DNA of 64,000 nucleotides from NCBI RefSeq assembly GCF_053078305.1, contig NZ_CP166879.1; one strand, 5' to 3'. Shown piece by piece: positions 47,326 to 64,000 of this stretch (position 1 is its first letter; each line of letters starts with the position of its first letter). The notes under the pieces were generated by a model. It saw only the letters and a program-made list of their open reading frames with translations, ran no database searches and was not told where the DNA came from. The position numbers and the translations under genes were made by a program.

Positions 47326-48753
47326 ATGATGAATGACGGTAAGCAACAATCTACCTTTTTGTTTCACGATTACGAAACCTTTGGCACGCACCCCGCGTTA
47401 GATCGCCCTGCACAGTTCGCAGCCATTCGCACCGATAGCGAATTCAATGTCATCGGCGAACCCGAAGTCTTTTACTGCAAGCCCGCTGATGACTATTTAC
47501 CCCAGCCTGGAGCCGTATTAATTACCGGTATTACCCCGCAGGAAGCACGGGCGAAAGGAGAAAACGAAGCCGCGTTTGCCGCCCGTATTCACTCGCTTTT
47601 TACCGTACCGAAGACCTGTATTCTGGGCTACAACAATGTGCGTTTCGACGACGAAGTCACACGCAACGTTTTTTATCGTAATTTCTACGATCCTTACGCC
47701 TGGAGCTGGCAGCATGATAACTCGCGCTGGGATTTACTTGATGTTATGCGTGCCTGTTATGCCCTGCGCCCGGAAGGAATAAACTGGCCTGAAAATGATG
47801 ACGGTCTACCGAGCTTTCGCCTTGAGCATTTAACCAAAGCGAATGGAATTGAACATAGCAACGCCCACGATGCGATGGCTGATGTGTACGCCACTATTGC
47901 GATGGCGAAACTGGTAAAAACGCGTCAGCCACGTCTGTTTGAATATCTCTTTACCCATCGTAATAAACACAAACTGATGGCGTTGATTGATGTTCCGCAG
48001 ATGAAACCCCTGGTTCACGTTTCCGGAATGTTTGGGGCATGGCGCGGCAATACCAGCTGGGTGGCACCGCTGGCGTGGCATCCTGAAAATCGCAATGCCG
48101 TAATTATGGTGGATTTGGCAGGAGACATTTCGCCATTACTGGAACTGGATAGCGACACATTGCGCGAGCGTTTATATACCGCAAAAACCGATCTTGGCGA
48201 TAACGCCGCCGTTCCGGTTAAGCTGGTGCATATCAATAAATGTCCGGTGCTGGCCCAGGCGAATACGCTACGCCCGGAAGATGCCGACCGACTGGGAATT
48301 AATCGTCAGCATTGCCTCGATAACCTGAAAATTCTGCGTGAAAATCCGCAAGTGCGTGAAAAAGTGGTGGCGATATTCGCGGAAGCCGAACCGTTTACGC
48401 CTTCAGATAACGTGGATGCACAGCTTTATAACGGCTTTTTCAGTGACGCCGATCGTGCAGCAATGAAAATTGTGCTGGAAACCGAGCCGCGTAATTTACC
48501 GGCACTGGATATCACTTTTGTTGATAAACGGATTGAAAAGCTGTTGTTCAATTATCGGGCGCGCAACTTCCCGGGGACGCTGGATTATGCCGAGCAGCAA
48601 CGCTGGCTGGAGCACCGCCGCCAGGTATTCACACCCGAGTTTTTACAAGACTATGCAGAAGAGATTCAGATGCTGGCGCAGCAGTATGCCGACGATAAAG
48701 AAAAAGTGGCGCTGTTAAAAGCGCTTTGGCAGTACGCGGAAGAGATTGTCTAA
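47326..48753 (+). CDS. sbcB: Exodeoxyribonuclease I
   Basis: 475 aa from ATG 47326, MMNDGKQQSTFLFHDYETFG. Confidence 0.85.
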   Translation: MMNDGKQQSTFLFHDYETFGTHPALDRPAQFAAIRTDSEFNVIGEPEVFYCKPADDYLPQPGAVLITGITPQEARAKGENEAAFAARIHSLFTVPKTCILGYNNVRFDDEVTRNVFYRNFYDPYAWSWQHDNSRWDLLDVMRACYALRPEGINWPENDDGLPSFRLEHLTKANGIEHSNAHDAMADVYATIAMAKLVKTRQPRLFEYLFTHRNKHKLMALIDVPQMKPLVHVSGMFGAWRGNTSWVAPLAWHPENRNAVIMVDLAGDISPLLELDSDTLRERLYTAKTDLGDNAAVPVKLVHINKCPVLAQANTLRPEDADRLGINRQHCLDNLKILRENPQVREKVVAIFAEAEPFTPSDNVDAQLYNGFFSDADRAAMKIVLETEPRNLPALDITFVDKRIEKLLFNYRARNFPGTLDYAEQQRWLEHRRQVFTPEFLQDYAEEIQMLAQQYADDKEKVALLKALWQYAEEIV

Positions 48754-48795
48754 TTTGAAGCCTCCGCCGCTGGTACGGCGGAGGACAATGTTGAG

Positions 48796-49023
48796 TCAGG
48801 CTTTTTGAACGGTGATGCTCCACGCTGCATCGCCAATCTGCTGATAATCGGTGATGACATGTCCTTCTTCTGCCGCCCACTGTGGGATTGCTTCAGTTGC
48901 CTGGGTGCAATCAAACTCAATTACCAACTCATCGCCGCTGGTCATTTCTGCCAGTGCTGCTTTTGCTTCTATGAGTGGAAACGGACAGACCTGCGTCACC
49001 ACATCCAGCTTTTTAATCGCCAT
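48796..49023 (-). CDS. yeeD: TusA-like sulfur carrier YeeD
   Basis: 75 aa with CPFP motif. Confidence 0.75.
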   Translation of the reverse strand: MAIKKLDVVTQVCPFPLIEAKAALAEMTSGDELVIEFDCTQATEAIPQWAAEEGHVITDYQQIGDAAWSITVQKA

Positions 49024-49036
49024 CTTTACACCTTAC

Positions 49037-50095
49037 TTAATTTGCCGCAGCAGTTGCCAGTCGCGCCTTACGCTGCGGTCGAACATACACAAGCCAGGAC
49101 GCAGTCCAGACTCCGAGAATCATAAATACAAGGCCAATCCAGCCCTGCCAGGTCATCATTGCAGTCATAACCAGTCCATTACCGATAGAGCAACCACCTG
49201 CAATACTGGCACCGAAGCCCATCAGTACACCACCTAACCCGCTACGTACTGTTGTTTGTGCATCAGCTGCGCGAACGCGGAACTCACGGCTCGCTTTGGC
49301 TGCAATAAATGACCCCACGAAGATCCCTAACACCAGGAAAACGCCCCAGTTAATGTATTTCACGTCACCCGCGACCAGAAATTGCAGAATATTGGCCGTT
49401 GGGGAAGTGATTCCTAACCCAAACATACGTCCGGTTGCTTCACTCAGGGGCCAGGCTAAAAGCGCAATCAAACCGATGAGTACAGCAGTGACAAAGGGAT
49501 GCCAGCGTTTTTCAAACAGAATATGAGCGATCCCGGTTCGGCGCGGCGGTAAGGTCGCGACTTTCAGTTTTGGCTTCTTCAACTCTTTCATCACCACCCA
49601 GAGCGTTATCACCAGCAAAACGGTAACCAACGGCCACACAGACAAATTAAAAGTCTCAGCAATAGAGTTATGTTCAGTACTGTAGTGCTGCAAGGTTTGA
49701 TTTAAACCACTGGCATGTGGAGAACGCATCACCGCACTCATCACCATATAAGTGAAAAGCGCGATCCAACTGCCGATCAATCCCTCACCCGCGCGATACC
49801 AGGTCCCGGTGGCACATCCACCCGCCAGAACAATTCCCAGCCCGAAGATATACCCACCTATAACAGTACCAAGCCACGGGAACGCCCCGGCTTCGTAAGT
49901 CAGTAGGCCCGCCTGAATTAACGCAAAAACCCCCACGCTTTGTACCGAAATTGCAATCAGCAAGGCGTAAAACATGCGATTATTTTTCGCGATATACATA
50001 TCGCGAAAACCACCTGTCAGGCAAAAACGCCCACGCTGCATGACAAATCCCAGCAGAGCACCACAAATTAGCCCGCTTAATATCATTGAAAACAT
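49037..50095 (-). CDS. yeeE: YeeE membrane transporter (thiosulfate-uptake family)
   Basis: 352 aa, multi-TM. Confidence 0.8.
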   Translation of the reverse strand: MFSMILSGLICGALLGFVMQRGRFCLTGGFRDMYIAKNNRMFYALLIAISVQSVGVFALIQAGLLTYEAGAFPWLGTVIGGYIFGLGIVLAGGCATGTWYRAGEGLIGSWIALFTYMVMSAVMRSPHASGLNQTLQHYSTEHNSIAETFNLSVWPLVTVLLVITLWVVMKELKKPKLKVATLPPRRTGIAHILFEKRWHPFVTAVLIGLIALLAWPLSEATGRMFGLGITSPTANILQFLVAGDVKYINWGVFLVLGIFVGSFIAAKASREFRVRAADAQTTVRSGLGGVLMGFGASIAGGCSIGNGLVMTAMMTWQGWIGLVFMILGVWTASWLVYVRPQRKARLATAAAN

Positions 50096-50273
50096 AAATT
50101 AATTAACCAGATGAATGTTAATGAGGAAATTATTCATGACTGGTGGAATGCAGACCAATAACCAAATTCTCTAAATTAGAACAAATGGTTATTAATGAGG
50201 ATTTCGATAAAAAAGAATAAAAAAACCGGAGCCAAATATTCATTCGACTCCGGTTGATTATTAGAAAAGATGA

Positions 50274-51632
50274 TTATGCTACGTCTTCGTACTGCGGAAC
50301 CGGGTTACGGAAGCTCTTGGTGACGCAAGCCAGGTAAATCAGACCGATAGCAGCCCAGATCAGACCCAGAACCATTGAGCTTTCTTCCAGGTTAACCCAC
50401 AGCGCACCAACGGTCAGCGCACCACACATCGGCAGGAACAGATACTGGAAGTGATCTTTCAGCGTCTTATTACGCTTCTCACGGATCCAGAACTGCGAGA
50501 TAACCGACAGGTTAACGAAGGTGAACGCCACCAACGCACCAAAGTTAATCAGCGCCGTAGCCATTACCAGGTCGAAGTTGATTGCCAGCAGGGCAATCGC
50601 GCCAACCAGGATGATGTTCATCGCCGGAGTACGCCATTTCGGGTGTACATAACCGAAGAAGCTTTTCGGGAACACGCCGTCACGACCCATTACGTACATT
50701 AGACGCGCAACACCTGCGTGCGCCGCCATGCCGGACGCCAGTACGGTAATGGTGGAGAAGATCAGCGCGCCAACCTGGAACGCTTTACCCGCAACGTACA
50801 GCATGATTTCAGGCTGTGACGCATCCGGATCTTTAAAGCGAGAGATATCCGGGAAGTACAGCTGCAGGAAGTAAGTTGCAAAGATGAAGATCATGCCGCC
50901 GATCAGCGCGGTCAGGAAAATCGCACGCGGGATCACGCGCTCTGCATCTTTGGTTTCTTCCGACAGGTTGCTGATGCCGTCAAAGCCGGTAAAGGAGAAG
51001 CACAGGATTGTCGCCCCGGTAATCATCGGGATAACATGCGCATCGCCAGACCAGAACGGACGAGTGCTCGCCAGCGTACCAGCGCCTTCACCTTCAAATA
51101 CGCCATAAACAACCATGCCCAGAATCACCGCGATCAGCACCACCTGCAACACGACGATTACAGTGTTGAAGTTCGCTACGGATTTCAGACTACGCAGGTT
51201 AAAGGCGGTCATAAAGGCCACCAGCGCCACCACAAACATCCACGATGGGATGGAAGGCACCAGAGCTTCAAAATAGATTTTCGCCAGCAGAATGTTGATC
51301 ATCGGCGCGAACAGATAGTCGAGCAGAGAAGACCAACCCACCATAAAGCCGACAGTCGGGCTGATGGATTTCTGGGCGTAAGTGTATGCAGAGCCAGCAG
51401 AAGGATAGCGGCGAACCAGCTTCCCGTAGCTCAGAGCCGTAAACAGGATCGCAATCAATGCGAACGCATAGGCTGTCGGCACATGACCATCCGTGAGGCC
51501 TGAAACGATACCAAAAGTATCAAACAGCGTCATCGGCTGCATATAGGCAAGACCCATCATTACAACCGGAACTAACGTAAGCGTTTTACGCAATTCCACG
51601 CGAGAGGTGTTTGGAGTAACGTTATGCGACAT
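50274..51632 (-). CDS. plaP: Putrescine importer PlaP (APC family)
   Basis: 452 aa from ATG 51632. Confidence 0.75.
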   Translation of the reverse strand: MSHNVTPNTSRVELRKTLTLVPVVMMGLAYMQPMTLFDTFGIVSGLTDGHVPTAYAFALIAILFTALSYGKLVRRYPSAGSAYTYAQKSISPTVGFMVGWSSLLDYLFAPMINILLAKIYFEALVPSIPSWMFVVALVAFMTAFNLRSLKSVANFNTVIVVLQVVLIAVILGMVVYGVFEGEGAGTLASTRPFWSGDAHVIPMITGATILCFSFTGFDGISNLSEETKDAERVIPRAIFLTALIGGMIFIFATYFLQLYFPDISRFKDPDASQPEIMLYVAGKAFQVGALIFSTITVLASGMAAHAGVARLMYVMGRDGVFPKSFFGYVHPKWRTPAMNIILVGAIALLAINFDLVMATALINFGALVAFTFVNLSVISQFWIREKRNKTLKDHFQYLFLPMCGALTVGALWVNLEESSMVLGLIWAAIGLIYLACVTKSFRNPVPQYEDVA

Positions 51633-51792
51633 GGTCATTCTCCTTTACGGTGATAACCGTCGCGTAAGCAAAAAATTGCCCCATTTTTTTGGATTCCTCA
51701 GCGACAACAACTGTCGATTTTTAGTAAATATCTATCCGGTACGAAGCCCGGCCTCTTGGTATGAATGATTGGTTTGAAGCAAAAAATAACCG

Positions 51793-51825
51793 ACGCTGAT
51801 GAAACGTCGGTTTTTAGTCATTTTT
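51793..51825 (-). terminator. Terminator downstream of yeeY
   Basis: Stem ACCGACG..CGTCGGT followed by a T-run on the minus strand. Confidence 0.4.
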
Positions 51826-51898
51826 TGACAGCGGCGCATTGTGCCTAAATGAGGGGGAAATGACAAGAGAATGAGAGGCTTGTCATAATAATTTTTCT

Positions 51899-52828
51899 TT
51901 AAATGGCTGATTTTCCGTCATCAGATTTTGCATAAACACCGGCGATCGCACTATTTGCTAAAATTTCATCCCGCCACCAGCCACTGGCAAGTCCTGCGGT
52001 CTGTTCATTCCAGCCAATCCAGACGGGTTCAAAGAGAGTTTGGGCGACCACTTTCTTCTCGATTAACGCGCCACTATCGAGAAAACGTTGCGCCAGATAA
52101 CGGGGTAAATAGCCGCAGCCGAGGCCGCTAATTTGCAGCTCCAGCTTGGTTTTAAAATCGAAAACGGTAATGGCTTCTTGTTCGTCGAGAAGTTGTGAGG
52201 CCGTAGAAGCGCCTGCCTGCGCAGTGTCCCCCACCACAATCGCCCGATATCGCTTAATGATACGACGGTTTAACGGCTCTTCTTCCTGGGCTAACGGATG
52301 ATGAGGCGCGACCGCAAAGACTTGTTCCAGATCGCCCAACCGCGAGAAACCAAACTCACTAGAAGATGGTGGCTCATGCATCGCGCCAACAATAATATCC
52401 GCTCGCCCCTGAGTCAGGGCATCCCATGAACCACCGAGTACGCCATTGATAAACTTCAGGCGCGTCACGCTATGATGTTGATAAAAAGCTTCAATCAGTG
52501 GCGCAAGCAGAGAAAAAGGAAACGTGTCGTCCACGCCAATCACCAGCTCGTTTTCCCAGCCTTCATGCAGTTTGATCGCCTGCTTTTCCAGTTCTCGCAC
52601 GGTATGCAGAACTTCCCGCCCCTTCTCTAATAACATTTTTCCGGTACGGGTGAATTTAGCGCGGTGACCGCTACGATCAAGCAATTGAATATTAAGGTCG
52701 CTTTCCAGCTTGTGAACGGTGTAACTCAGAGCGGACGGCGTCTTGTAGAGTTTGGCCGACGCCGCCGCAAAACTGCCTTCTTTTTCTAAGGCATCGAGGA
52801 TCATCAACACATCCAGCAGTGGTTTCAT
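51899..52828 (-). CDS. yeeY: LysR-family regulator YeeY
   Basis: 309 aa from ATG 52828. Confidence 0.75.
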   Translation of the reverse strand: MKPLLDVLMILDALEKEGSFAAASAKLYKTPSALSYTVHKLESDLNIQLLDRSGHRAKFTRTGKMLLEKGREVLHTVRELEKQAIKLHEGWENELVIGVDDTFPFSLLAPLIEAFYQHHSVTRLKFINGVLGGSWDALTQGRADIIVGAMHEPPSSSEFGFSRLGDLEQVFAVAPHHPLAQEEEPLNRRIIKRYRAIVVGDTAQAGASTASQLLDEQEAITVFDFKTKLELQISGLGCGYLPRYLAQRFLDSGALIEKKVVAQTLFEPVWIGWNEQTAGLASGWWRDEILANSAIAGVYAKSDDGKSAI

Positions 52829-52873
52829 ACACGCCCCCTTGCAGTGCATGCGGCGTCCTGCTGGCGTGATCGT

Positions 52874-53698
52874 TTACTCCAGCGGCATTACCAGCGGATC
52901 GGGATACTGGTATTCAAACCCCAGTTCATTACAAATCCGACTGCCATCAATAATCTTACCTTTGCCGCTGTCCAGACTATTTCTGAACTGCGGAGGTTCC
53001 AGCCCCAGTAAACGGGCCATCTGCGGATAGAAAACATTACGCGCAGGGTGAGCTGGCGCACATATATTATAGATGTGTCCGCCTTTAGGTGCCTGTAACA
53101 ACAGAGTGATAGCGCCAATAACATCTTCTAAATGGACTAAATTAACACCATGTTCACCATCAGGCGCGGTTTTTCCGGCAAAGAAGCGTCCGGGATGACG
53201 TCCCGGTCCGACCAGCCCCGCAAGACGCAGAATATCGACCGAAGTACCGGGTAAATTGTGCAGCCAGTCTTCGAGTTCTTCTAATACTCGTCCACTGTTG
53301 GTCACCGGATTACGCGGGGTGGTTTCTTTCACCGTGCCTTGCGCGTCGCCATAGACAGACGTTGAGCTGGTAAAAATAATTCGGGGAATACGATGGGCCA
53401 GCGCGCTATCCACTAACTCTTGTACCGCTTGTAAATAGAACTCATCGCCGGGGCCGCTACGACGTGCCGGAAGCGTAATGACCAGCGCGTCGGCATCCAT
53501 CAGGGCATCCAGATCGTCAGAATCGCAAACTAACTCAGGCTCCATGCGAAGCAGATAGCTATCAATGCCACTCATTCGGGCCGCTTCGACACCATCTTGT
53601 GTGGTTTTACTCCCGGTGACTTGCCAGCCTCGCGCTGAAAGTGACATCGCCAGCGGCATGCCTAACCACCCTAACCCGACAATTGCGACCTTTTTCAT
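52874..53698 (-). CDS. yeeZ: NAD-dependent epimerase/dehydratase-family protein YeeZ
   Basis: 274 aa with N-terminal GxxGxxG. Confidence 0.75.
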   Translation of the reverse strand: MKKVAIVGLGWLGMPLAMSLSARGWQVTGSKTTQDGVEAARMSGIDSYLLRMEPELVCDSDDLDALMDADALVITLPARRSGPGDEFYLQAVQELVDSALAHRIPRIIFTSSTSVYGDAQGTVKETTPRNPVTNSGRVLEELEDWLHNLPGTSVDILRLAGLVGPGRHPGRFFAGKTAPDGEHGVNLVHLEDVIGAITLLLQAPKGGHIYNICAPAHPARNVFYPQMARLLGLEPPQFRNSLDSGKGKIIDGSRICNELGFEYQYPDPLVMPLE

Positions 53699-53802
53699 CC
53701 GTTATCTCCTGATACACCTTAGATCTATAAGGCTACGCTAGCGTATCAAAACTGACAATTCATTCTATGAATGAAATCGAAACTGTTAGCAAATATACCA
53801 TT

Positions 53803-53902
53803 GCCTGATGCGCTCCGCTTATCAGTCCTACAAAAACATCAATATATTGAATTTACGCAACATTTGTAGACCAGATAAGGCATTCACGCCGCATCCGGCA
53901 GG
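53803..53902. repeat. Pair of REP elements (BIME-like) in the yeeZ-hisL spacer
   Basis: GCCTGATGCGCTCCGCTTATCAG at 53803-53831 and the reverse-orientation REP consensus at 53868-53902. Confidence 0.6.
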
Positions 53903-54056
53903 AACAAAGCCCACTTTAGTTACAGAACACAATGTTCTTGAGGGTTTTAAAGACATATTTTCACGATTTCTTTTCTAACGTAGTCACTCCAGGCCCCCTC
54001 CTTTCCCCGCTCATTCATTAAACAAATCCATTGCCATAAAATATATAAAAAAGCCC

Positions 54057-54086
54057 TTGCTTTCTAACGTGAAAGTGGTTTAGGTT
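54057..54086 (+). promoter_or_regulatory. his operon promoter candidate
   Basis: TTGCTT, 18-nt spacer, TAGGTT, about 40 nt upstream of hisL. Confidence 0.5.
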
Positions 54087-54124
54087 AAAAGACATCAGTT
54101 GAATAAACATTCACAGAGACTTTT

Positions 54125-54175
54125 ATGACACGCGTTCAATTTAAACACCACCATCATCACCATCATCCTGACTAG
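54125..54175 (+). CDS. hisL: his operon leader peptide
   Basis: MTRVQFKHHHHHHHPD with seven consecutive His codons. Confidence 0.85.
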   Translation: MTRVQFKHHHHHHHPD

Positions 54176-54239
54176 TCTTTCAGGCGATGTGTGCTGGAAG
54201 ACATTCAGATCTTCCAGTGGTGCATGAACGCATGAGAAA

Positions 54240-54273
54240 GCCCCCGGAAGATCACCTTCCGGGGGCTTTTTTA
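54240..54273 (+). terminator. his attenuator terminator
   Basis: Stem GCCCCCGGAAG / CTTCCGGGGGC then T6. Confidence 0.8.
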
Positions 54274-54320
54274 TTGCGCGGTTGATAACGGTTCAGACAG
54301 GTTTAAAGAGGAATAAGAAA

Positions 54321-55220
54321 ATGACAGACAACACTCGTTTACGCATAGCTATGCAGAAATCCGGCCGTTTAAGTGATGACTCACGCGAATTGCTGGCGCG
54401 CTGTGGCATTAAAATCAATCTTCACACCCAGCGCCTGATCGCGATGGCAGAAAACATGCCGATTGATATTCTGCGCGTGCGTGACGACGACATTCCCGGT
54501 CTGGTAATGGATGGCGTGGTAGACCTTGGGATTATCGGCGAAAACGTACTGGAAGAAGAACTGCTTAACCGCCGCGCCCAGGGTGAAGATCCGCGCTACT
54601 TTACCCTGCGTCGTCTGGATTTCGGCGGCTGCCGACTTTCACTGGCAACGCCGGTTGATGAAGCCTGGGACGGCCCACTCTCCTTAAACGGTAAACGTAT
54701 CGCCACCTCTTATCCTCACCTGCTCAAGCGTTATCTCGACCAGAAAGGTATCTCTTTTAAATCCTGCTTACTGAACGGTTCTGTTGAAGTCGCCCCGCGT
54801 GCCGGACTGGCGGATGCGATTTGCGATCTGGTTTCCACCGGTGCCACGCTGGAAGCAAACGGCCTGCGCGAAGTCGAAGTTATCTACCGCTCGAAAGCTT
54901 GCCTGATCCAGCGCGATGGTGAAATGGAAGAATCCAAACAGCAGCTGATCGACAAACTGCTGCCCCGTATTCAGGGTGTGATCCAGGCGCGCGAATCAAA
55001 ATACATCATGATGCACGCACCGACCGAACGTCTGGATGAAGTCATCGCCCTGCTGCCAGGTGCCGAACGCCCAACTATTCTACCGCTAGCGGGTGATCAA
55101 CAGCGCGTAGCGATGCACATGGTCAGTAGCGAAACCCTGTTCTGGGAAACGATGGAAAAACTGAAAGCGCTGGGTGCCAGTTCGATTCTGGTCCTGCCGA
55201 TTGAGAAGATGATGGAGTGA
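54321..55220 (+). CDS. hisG: ATP phosphoribosyltransferase
   Basis: 299 aa from ATG 54321. Confidence 0.9.
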   Translation: MTDNTRLRIAMQKSGRLSDDSRELLARCGIKINLHTQRLIAMAENMPIDILRVRDDDIPGLVMDGVVDLGIIGENVLEEELLNRRAQGEDPRYFTLRRLDFGGCRLSLATPVDEAWDGPLSLNGKRIATSYPHLLKRYLDQKGISFKSCLLNGSVEVAPRAGLADAICDLVSTGATLEANGLREVEVIYRSKACLIQRDGEMEESKQQLIDKLLPRIQGVIQARESKYIMMHAPTERLDEVIALLPGAERPTILPLAGDQQRVAMHMVSSETLFWETMEKLKALGASSILVLPIEKMME

Positions 55221-55225
55221 TCGCC

Positions 55226-57596
<2,371 letters not shown>

Positions 57597-57597
<1 letters not shown>

Positions 57598-58663
57598 TGA
57601 GTCAGAAGTATCTTTTTATCGATCGCGATGGAACCCTGATTAGCGAACCGCCGAGTGATTTTCAGGTGGACCGTTTTGACAAACTCGCCTTTGAACCAGG
57701 CGTGATCCCGGAGCTACTGAAGCTGCAAAAAGCGGGCTACAAGCTGGTGATGATCACTAATCAGGATGGTCTGGGAACACAAAGTTTCCCGCAGGCGGAT
57801 TTTGATGGCCCGCACAACCTGATGATGCAGATCTTCACCTCGCAAGGCGTGCAGTTTGATGAAGTGCTGATTTGTCCGCACCTGCCCGCAGATGAGTGCG
57901 ACTGCCGTAAGCCGAAAGTAAAACTGGTGGAGCGTTATCTGGCTGAGCAAGCGATGGATCGCGCCAACAGTTATGTGATTGGCGATCGCGCGACCGATAT
58001 TCAACTGGCGGAAAACATGGGCATTAATGGTTTACGCTACGACCGCGAAACCCTGAACTGGCCGATGATTGGCGAGCAACTCACCAGACGTGATCGTTAC
58101 GCCCACGTGGTGCGCAACACCAAAGAGACGCAGATTGACGTTCAGGTGTGGCTGGATCGCGAAGGTGGCAGCAAGATTAACACCGGCGTTGGCTTCTTTG
58201 ATCATATGCTGGATCAGATCGCCACCCACGGCGGTTTCCGCATGGAAATCAACGTCAAAGGCGACCTCTATATCGACGATCACCACACCGTCGAAGATAC
58301 CGGCCTGGCGCTGGGTGAAGCGTTAAAAATTGCCCTCGGCGATAAACGCGGTATTTGTCGCTTTGGTTTTGTGCTACCGATGGACGAATGCCTTGCCCGC
58401 TGCGCGCTGGATATCTCTGGTCGCCCGCACCTGGAATATAAAGCCGAGTTTACCTACCAGCGCGTGGGCGATCTCAGCACCGAAATGATCGAGCACTTCT
58501 TCCGTTCGCTCTCTTACACCATGGGCGTCACGCTGCACCTGAAAACTAAAGGTAAAAACGATCACCACCGTGTAGAGAGCCTGTTCAAAGCCTTTGGTCG
58601 CACCCTGCGCCAGGCCATCCGCGTGGAAGGCGACACCCTGCCCTCGTCGAAAGGAGTGCTGTA

Positions 58664-58664
<1 letters not shown>
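57597..58664 (+). CDS. hisB: Bifunctional imidazoleglycerol-phosphate dehydratase / histidinol-phosphatase
   Basis: 355 aa. Confidence 0.9.
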
Positions 58665-60742
<2,078 letters not shown>

Positions 60743-60749
<7 letters not shown>

Positions 60750-61354
60750 CAGAACAACAACGTCGCGAACTGGACTGGGAAAAAACCGACGGACTGATGC
60801 CGGTGATTGTGCAACACGCGGTATCCGGCGAAGTGTTAATGCTGGGCTATATGAACCCGGAAGCCTTAGATAAAACCATCGAAAGCGGCAAAGTCACCTT
60901 CTTCTCGCGCACTAAACAGCGACTGTGGACCAAAGGCGAAACGTCGGGCAATTTCCTCAACGTAGTAAATATTGCGCCGGACTGCGACAACGACACGCTA
61001 CTGGTACTGGCGAATCCTATCGGACCAACCTGCCACAAAGGCACCAGCAGCTGCTTCGGCGACACCGCTCACCAATGGCTGTTCCTGTATCAACTGGAAC
61101 AACTGCTCGCCGAACGTAAATCTGCCGACCCGGAAACCTCTTACACCGCCAAACTGTATGCCAGCGGCACCAAACGCATTGCGCAGAAAGTGGGCGAAGA
61201 AGGCGTGGAAACCGCACTGGCAGCGACAGTACATGACCGCTTTGAGCTCACCAACGAGGCGTCTGATTTGATGTATCACCTGCTGGTGCTGTTGCAGGAT
61301 CAGGGGCTGGATTTAACGACGGTAATTGAGAACCTGCGTAAACGGCATCAGTGA
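60743..61354 (+). CDS. hisI: Bifunctional phosphoribosyl-AMP cyclohydrolase / phosphoribosyl-ATP pyrophosphatase
   Basis: 203 aa. Confidence 0.9.
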
Positions 61355-61395
61355 GTTGCGGGGTAAGCAGATGCGATGTTATTGTCGCATCCGGC

Positions 61396-61439
61396 AAAAA
61401 AAAAACGGGCAAGGTGTCACCACCCTGCCCATTTTCTTT
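61396..61439. terminator. Bidirectional terminator between hisI and wzzB
   Basis: Stem GGGCAAGGTG..CACCCTGCCC flanked by A10 and a T-run. Confidence 0.6.
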
Positions 61440-61452
61440 AAAACCGAAAAGA

Positions 61453-62433
61453 TTACTTCGCGTTGTAATTACGCAGAGCGTTACGCCCCAGCACAATCCC
61501 CGCGCCAACCATGCCGCCCAGCAGCACCGCCAGAATCAAGGTGATTGCCTTTTTCGGACTATCGCGACGAATAGGTAACGTCGGTTTCATTACATAGCGG
61601 TAAGCATGAATATCAAGATCATCAACTTTTAAGCTTTCGATATCCAGCAGGTTTTGACGTGTCTGATAGTAGTTTGGTGAGAACACCAACGGACGGGTCG
61701 CCTCGTGCTTAATCATCGACTCCAGCGCTTCGCTCCCCAAAAGGAACAACGTATCTTGTGTCACATCTTCAGTCTGCTGAACCTGTGGCTTTGTCACCTG
61801 CGCCTGATTCGCATACTGCAACGCTTCCTGAATCTGACGGATACGCAGATCTTTCTGCTCTTGCGCGACTACTTCCTGAGTTCTTAAAGAGTCCTGCAAG
61901 TTTTTCCGTCCCAGAGCAATGTTGTCCTTGAGATCCTTTTCTAGCTCTTGATTCACTTTATCATCAATTTGCTGAATGTATTGGGCCAACTTCATTTGTG
62001 CTCCCTCTGCAGTTTGCCCAACATAAGAAACAGTCAATGGTAATTGCTGGTTCTTAACAGAAGGTTCGATGGTAAGTTTTTCTGGTTCTTCCTGATTATC
62101 CAGCGTTTCTGCTAATGCAGAGAAGGCAGAACTGAAGCGACCAATTAACGTCTCCTGTAAATCCGATACTTTCGGTGCAGCCTGACCATAGATAACATTC
62201 ATGGCATTGTTATAGCCAGCAATTTGCCCCACGTCGGGCTGAGTGATAATTGCTGTTGACGTCCATTTCTCCTTCGCTACTGCCAAATATCCAATAGCCA
62301 GGGCAATAGCCACAATGACAGAGATGATAATTGTCATCTTGCCGCGCCACAACTGCACCAGTAAATCAATCAAATCAATCTGTTCCGGGTCATGGTTTTG
62401 CCCAGAAACATTATTATTTTCTACTCTCATCAT
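61453..62433 (-). CDS. wzzB: O-antigen chain-length determinant WzzB
   Basis: About 326 aa from the internal ATG (MMRVENNNVSG). Confidence 0.8.
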   Translation of the reverse strand: MMRVENNNVSGQNHDPEQIDLIDLLVQLWRGKMTIIISVIVAIALAIGYLAVAKEKWTSTAIITQPDVGQIAGYNNAMNVIYGQAAPKVSDLQETLIGRFSSAFSALAETLDNQEEPEKLTIEPSVKNQQLPLTVSYVGQTAEGAQMKLAQYIQQIDDKVNQELEKDLKDNIALGRKNLQDSLRTQEVVAQEQKDLRIRQIQEALQYANQAQVTKPQVQQTEDVTQDTLFLLGSEALESMIKHEATRPLVFSPNYYQTRQNLLDIESLKVDDLDIHAYRYVMKPTLPIRRDSPKKAITLILAVLLGGMVGAGIVLGRNALRNYNAK

Positions 62434-62576
62434 TACCCTAACGGACGAAATAATTTTAAGTCGCCATAGTTTAGCGATAATCGCCATGAATGCTATAGGA
62501 TAAATGATAAAAATAATGAATTATTACAAAGGGAACATAAGAGAATCAGGGCGAAAATCGCCCTGATAACAAGATG

Positions 62577-63752
<1,176 letters not shown>

Positions 63753-63933
63753 TCAGAATTAACTTAACTGTGAATCATGATGTTTTTAGCATCCTGATAA
63801 GAGCTAAAAGTTTTAACGCTACGTTGTTCGATGGTCAACGCAACGAAAAACAATTCAGATTTTCTTTATAAGAATAGCTGATATTTATTAAGTTAATATT
63901 AAGCAGTGAAATTTAGTCTATAAGATAAATGGC

Positions 63934-63965
63934 AAAAAAAAAGCCCGGTGCAATATACGCCGGGC
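63934..63965 (-). terminator. Rho-independent terminator of the upstream minus-strand gene (probably gnd, outside the window)
   Basis: Stem GCCCGGTG / CGCCGGGC with a T9 run on the minus strand. Confidence 0.55.
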
Positions 63966-64000
63966 CTCAATTTTATTGTTGGTTAAATCAGATTAATCCA

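Noticed and set aside
54125-54175. Run of seven His codons as a possible engineered tag
   Set aside because: It is the natural his operon leader peptide, followed by the attenuator hairpin.

Overview
The window reads as an Escherichia coli-type chromosome in two parts. Positions 1-19600 are the integrase-proximal arm of a lambdoid, Qin/DicA-type prophage that runs off the left edge and is inserted at the 3' end of tRNA-Ser (serU). From right to left it carries int, xis, a large exonuclease-domain gene, ydfD-like, dicB, a Rha-family gene, a DicF-like sRNA, dicA/dicC with operator palindromes, O-like and DnaC-like replication genes with in-gene iterons, a tightly packed nin-like block, a hok toxin next to a HigB/HigA-like toxin-antitoxin pair, rusA, a Q-like antiterminator, a DNA methyltransferase, a phage tRNA cluster (Ile-CAU, Arg-UCG, Arg-UCU) and the start of a second methyltransferase. 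Positions 19700-64000 are conserved backbone: mtfA, asnT, yeeJ, yeeL, shiA, amn, yeeN, asnW, yeeO, asnU, cbl, nac, asnV, ldtA(erfK), cobTSU, yeeX, yeeA, sbmC, dacD, sbcB, yeeD, yeeE, plaP, yeeY, yeeZ, hisLGDCBHAFI, wzzB and ugd. Compared with my recollection of K-12, there is no CP4-44 island between cobU and yeeX and no yefM-yoeB between yeeZ and hisL, yeeL is intact, and yeeJ is longer because of a near-identical 609-bp tandem duplication. The most unusual items are the exonuclease fusion gene next to xis/int, the two methyltransferases flanking the phage tRNAs, and the toxin cluster. All calls rest on reading the sequence and recalled family knowledge; no database search was run.
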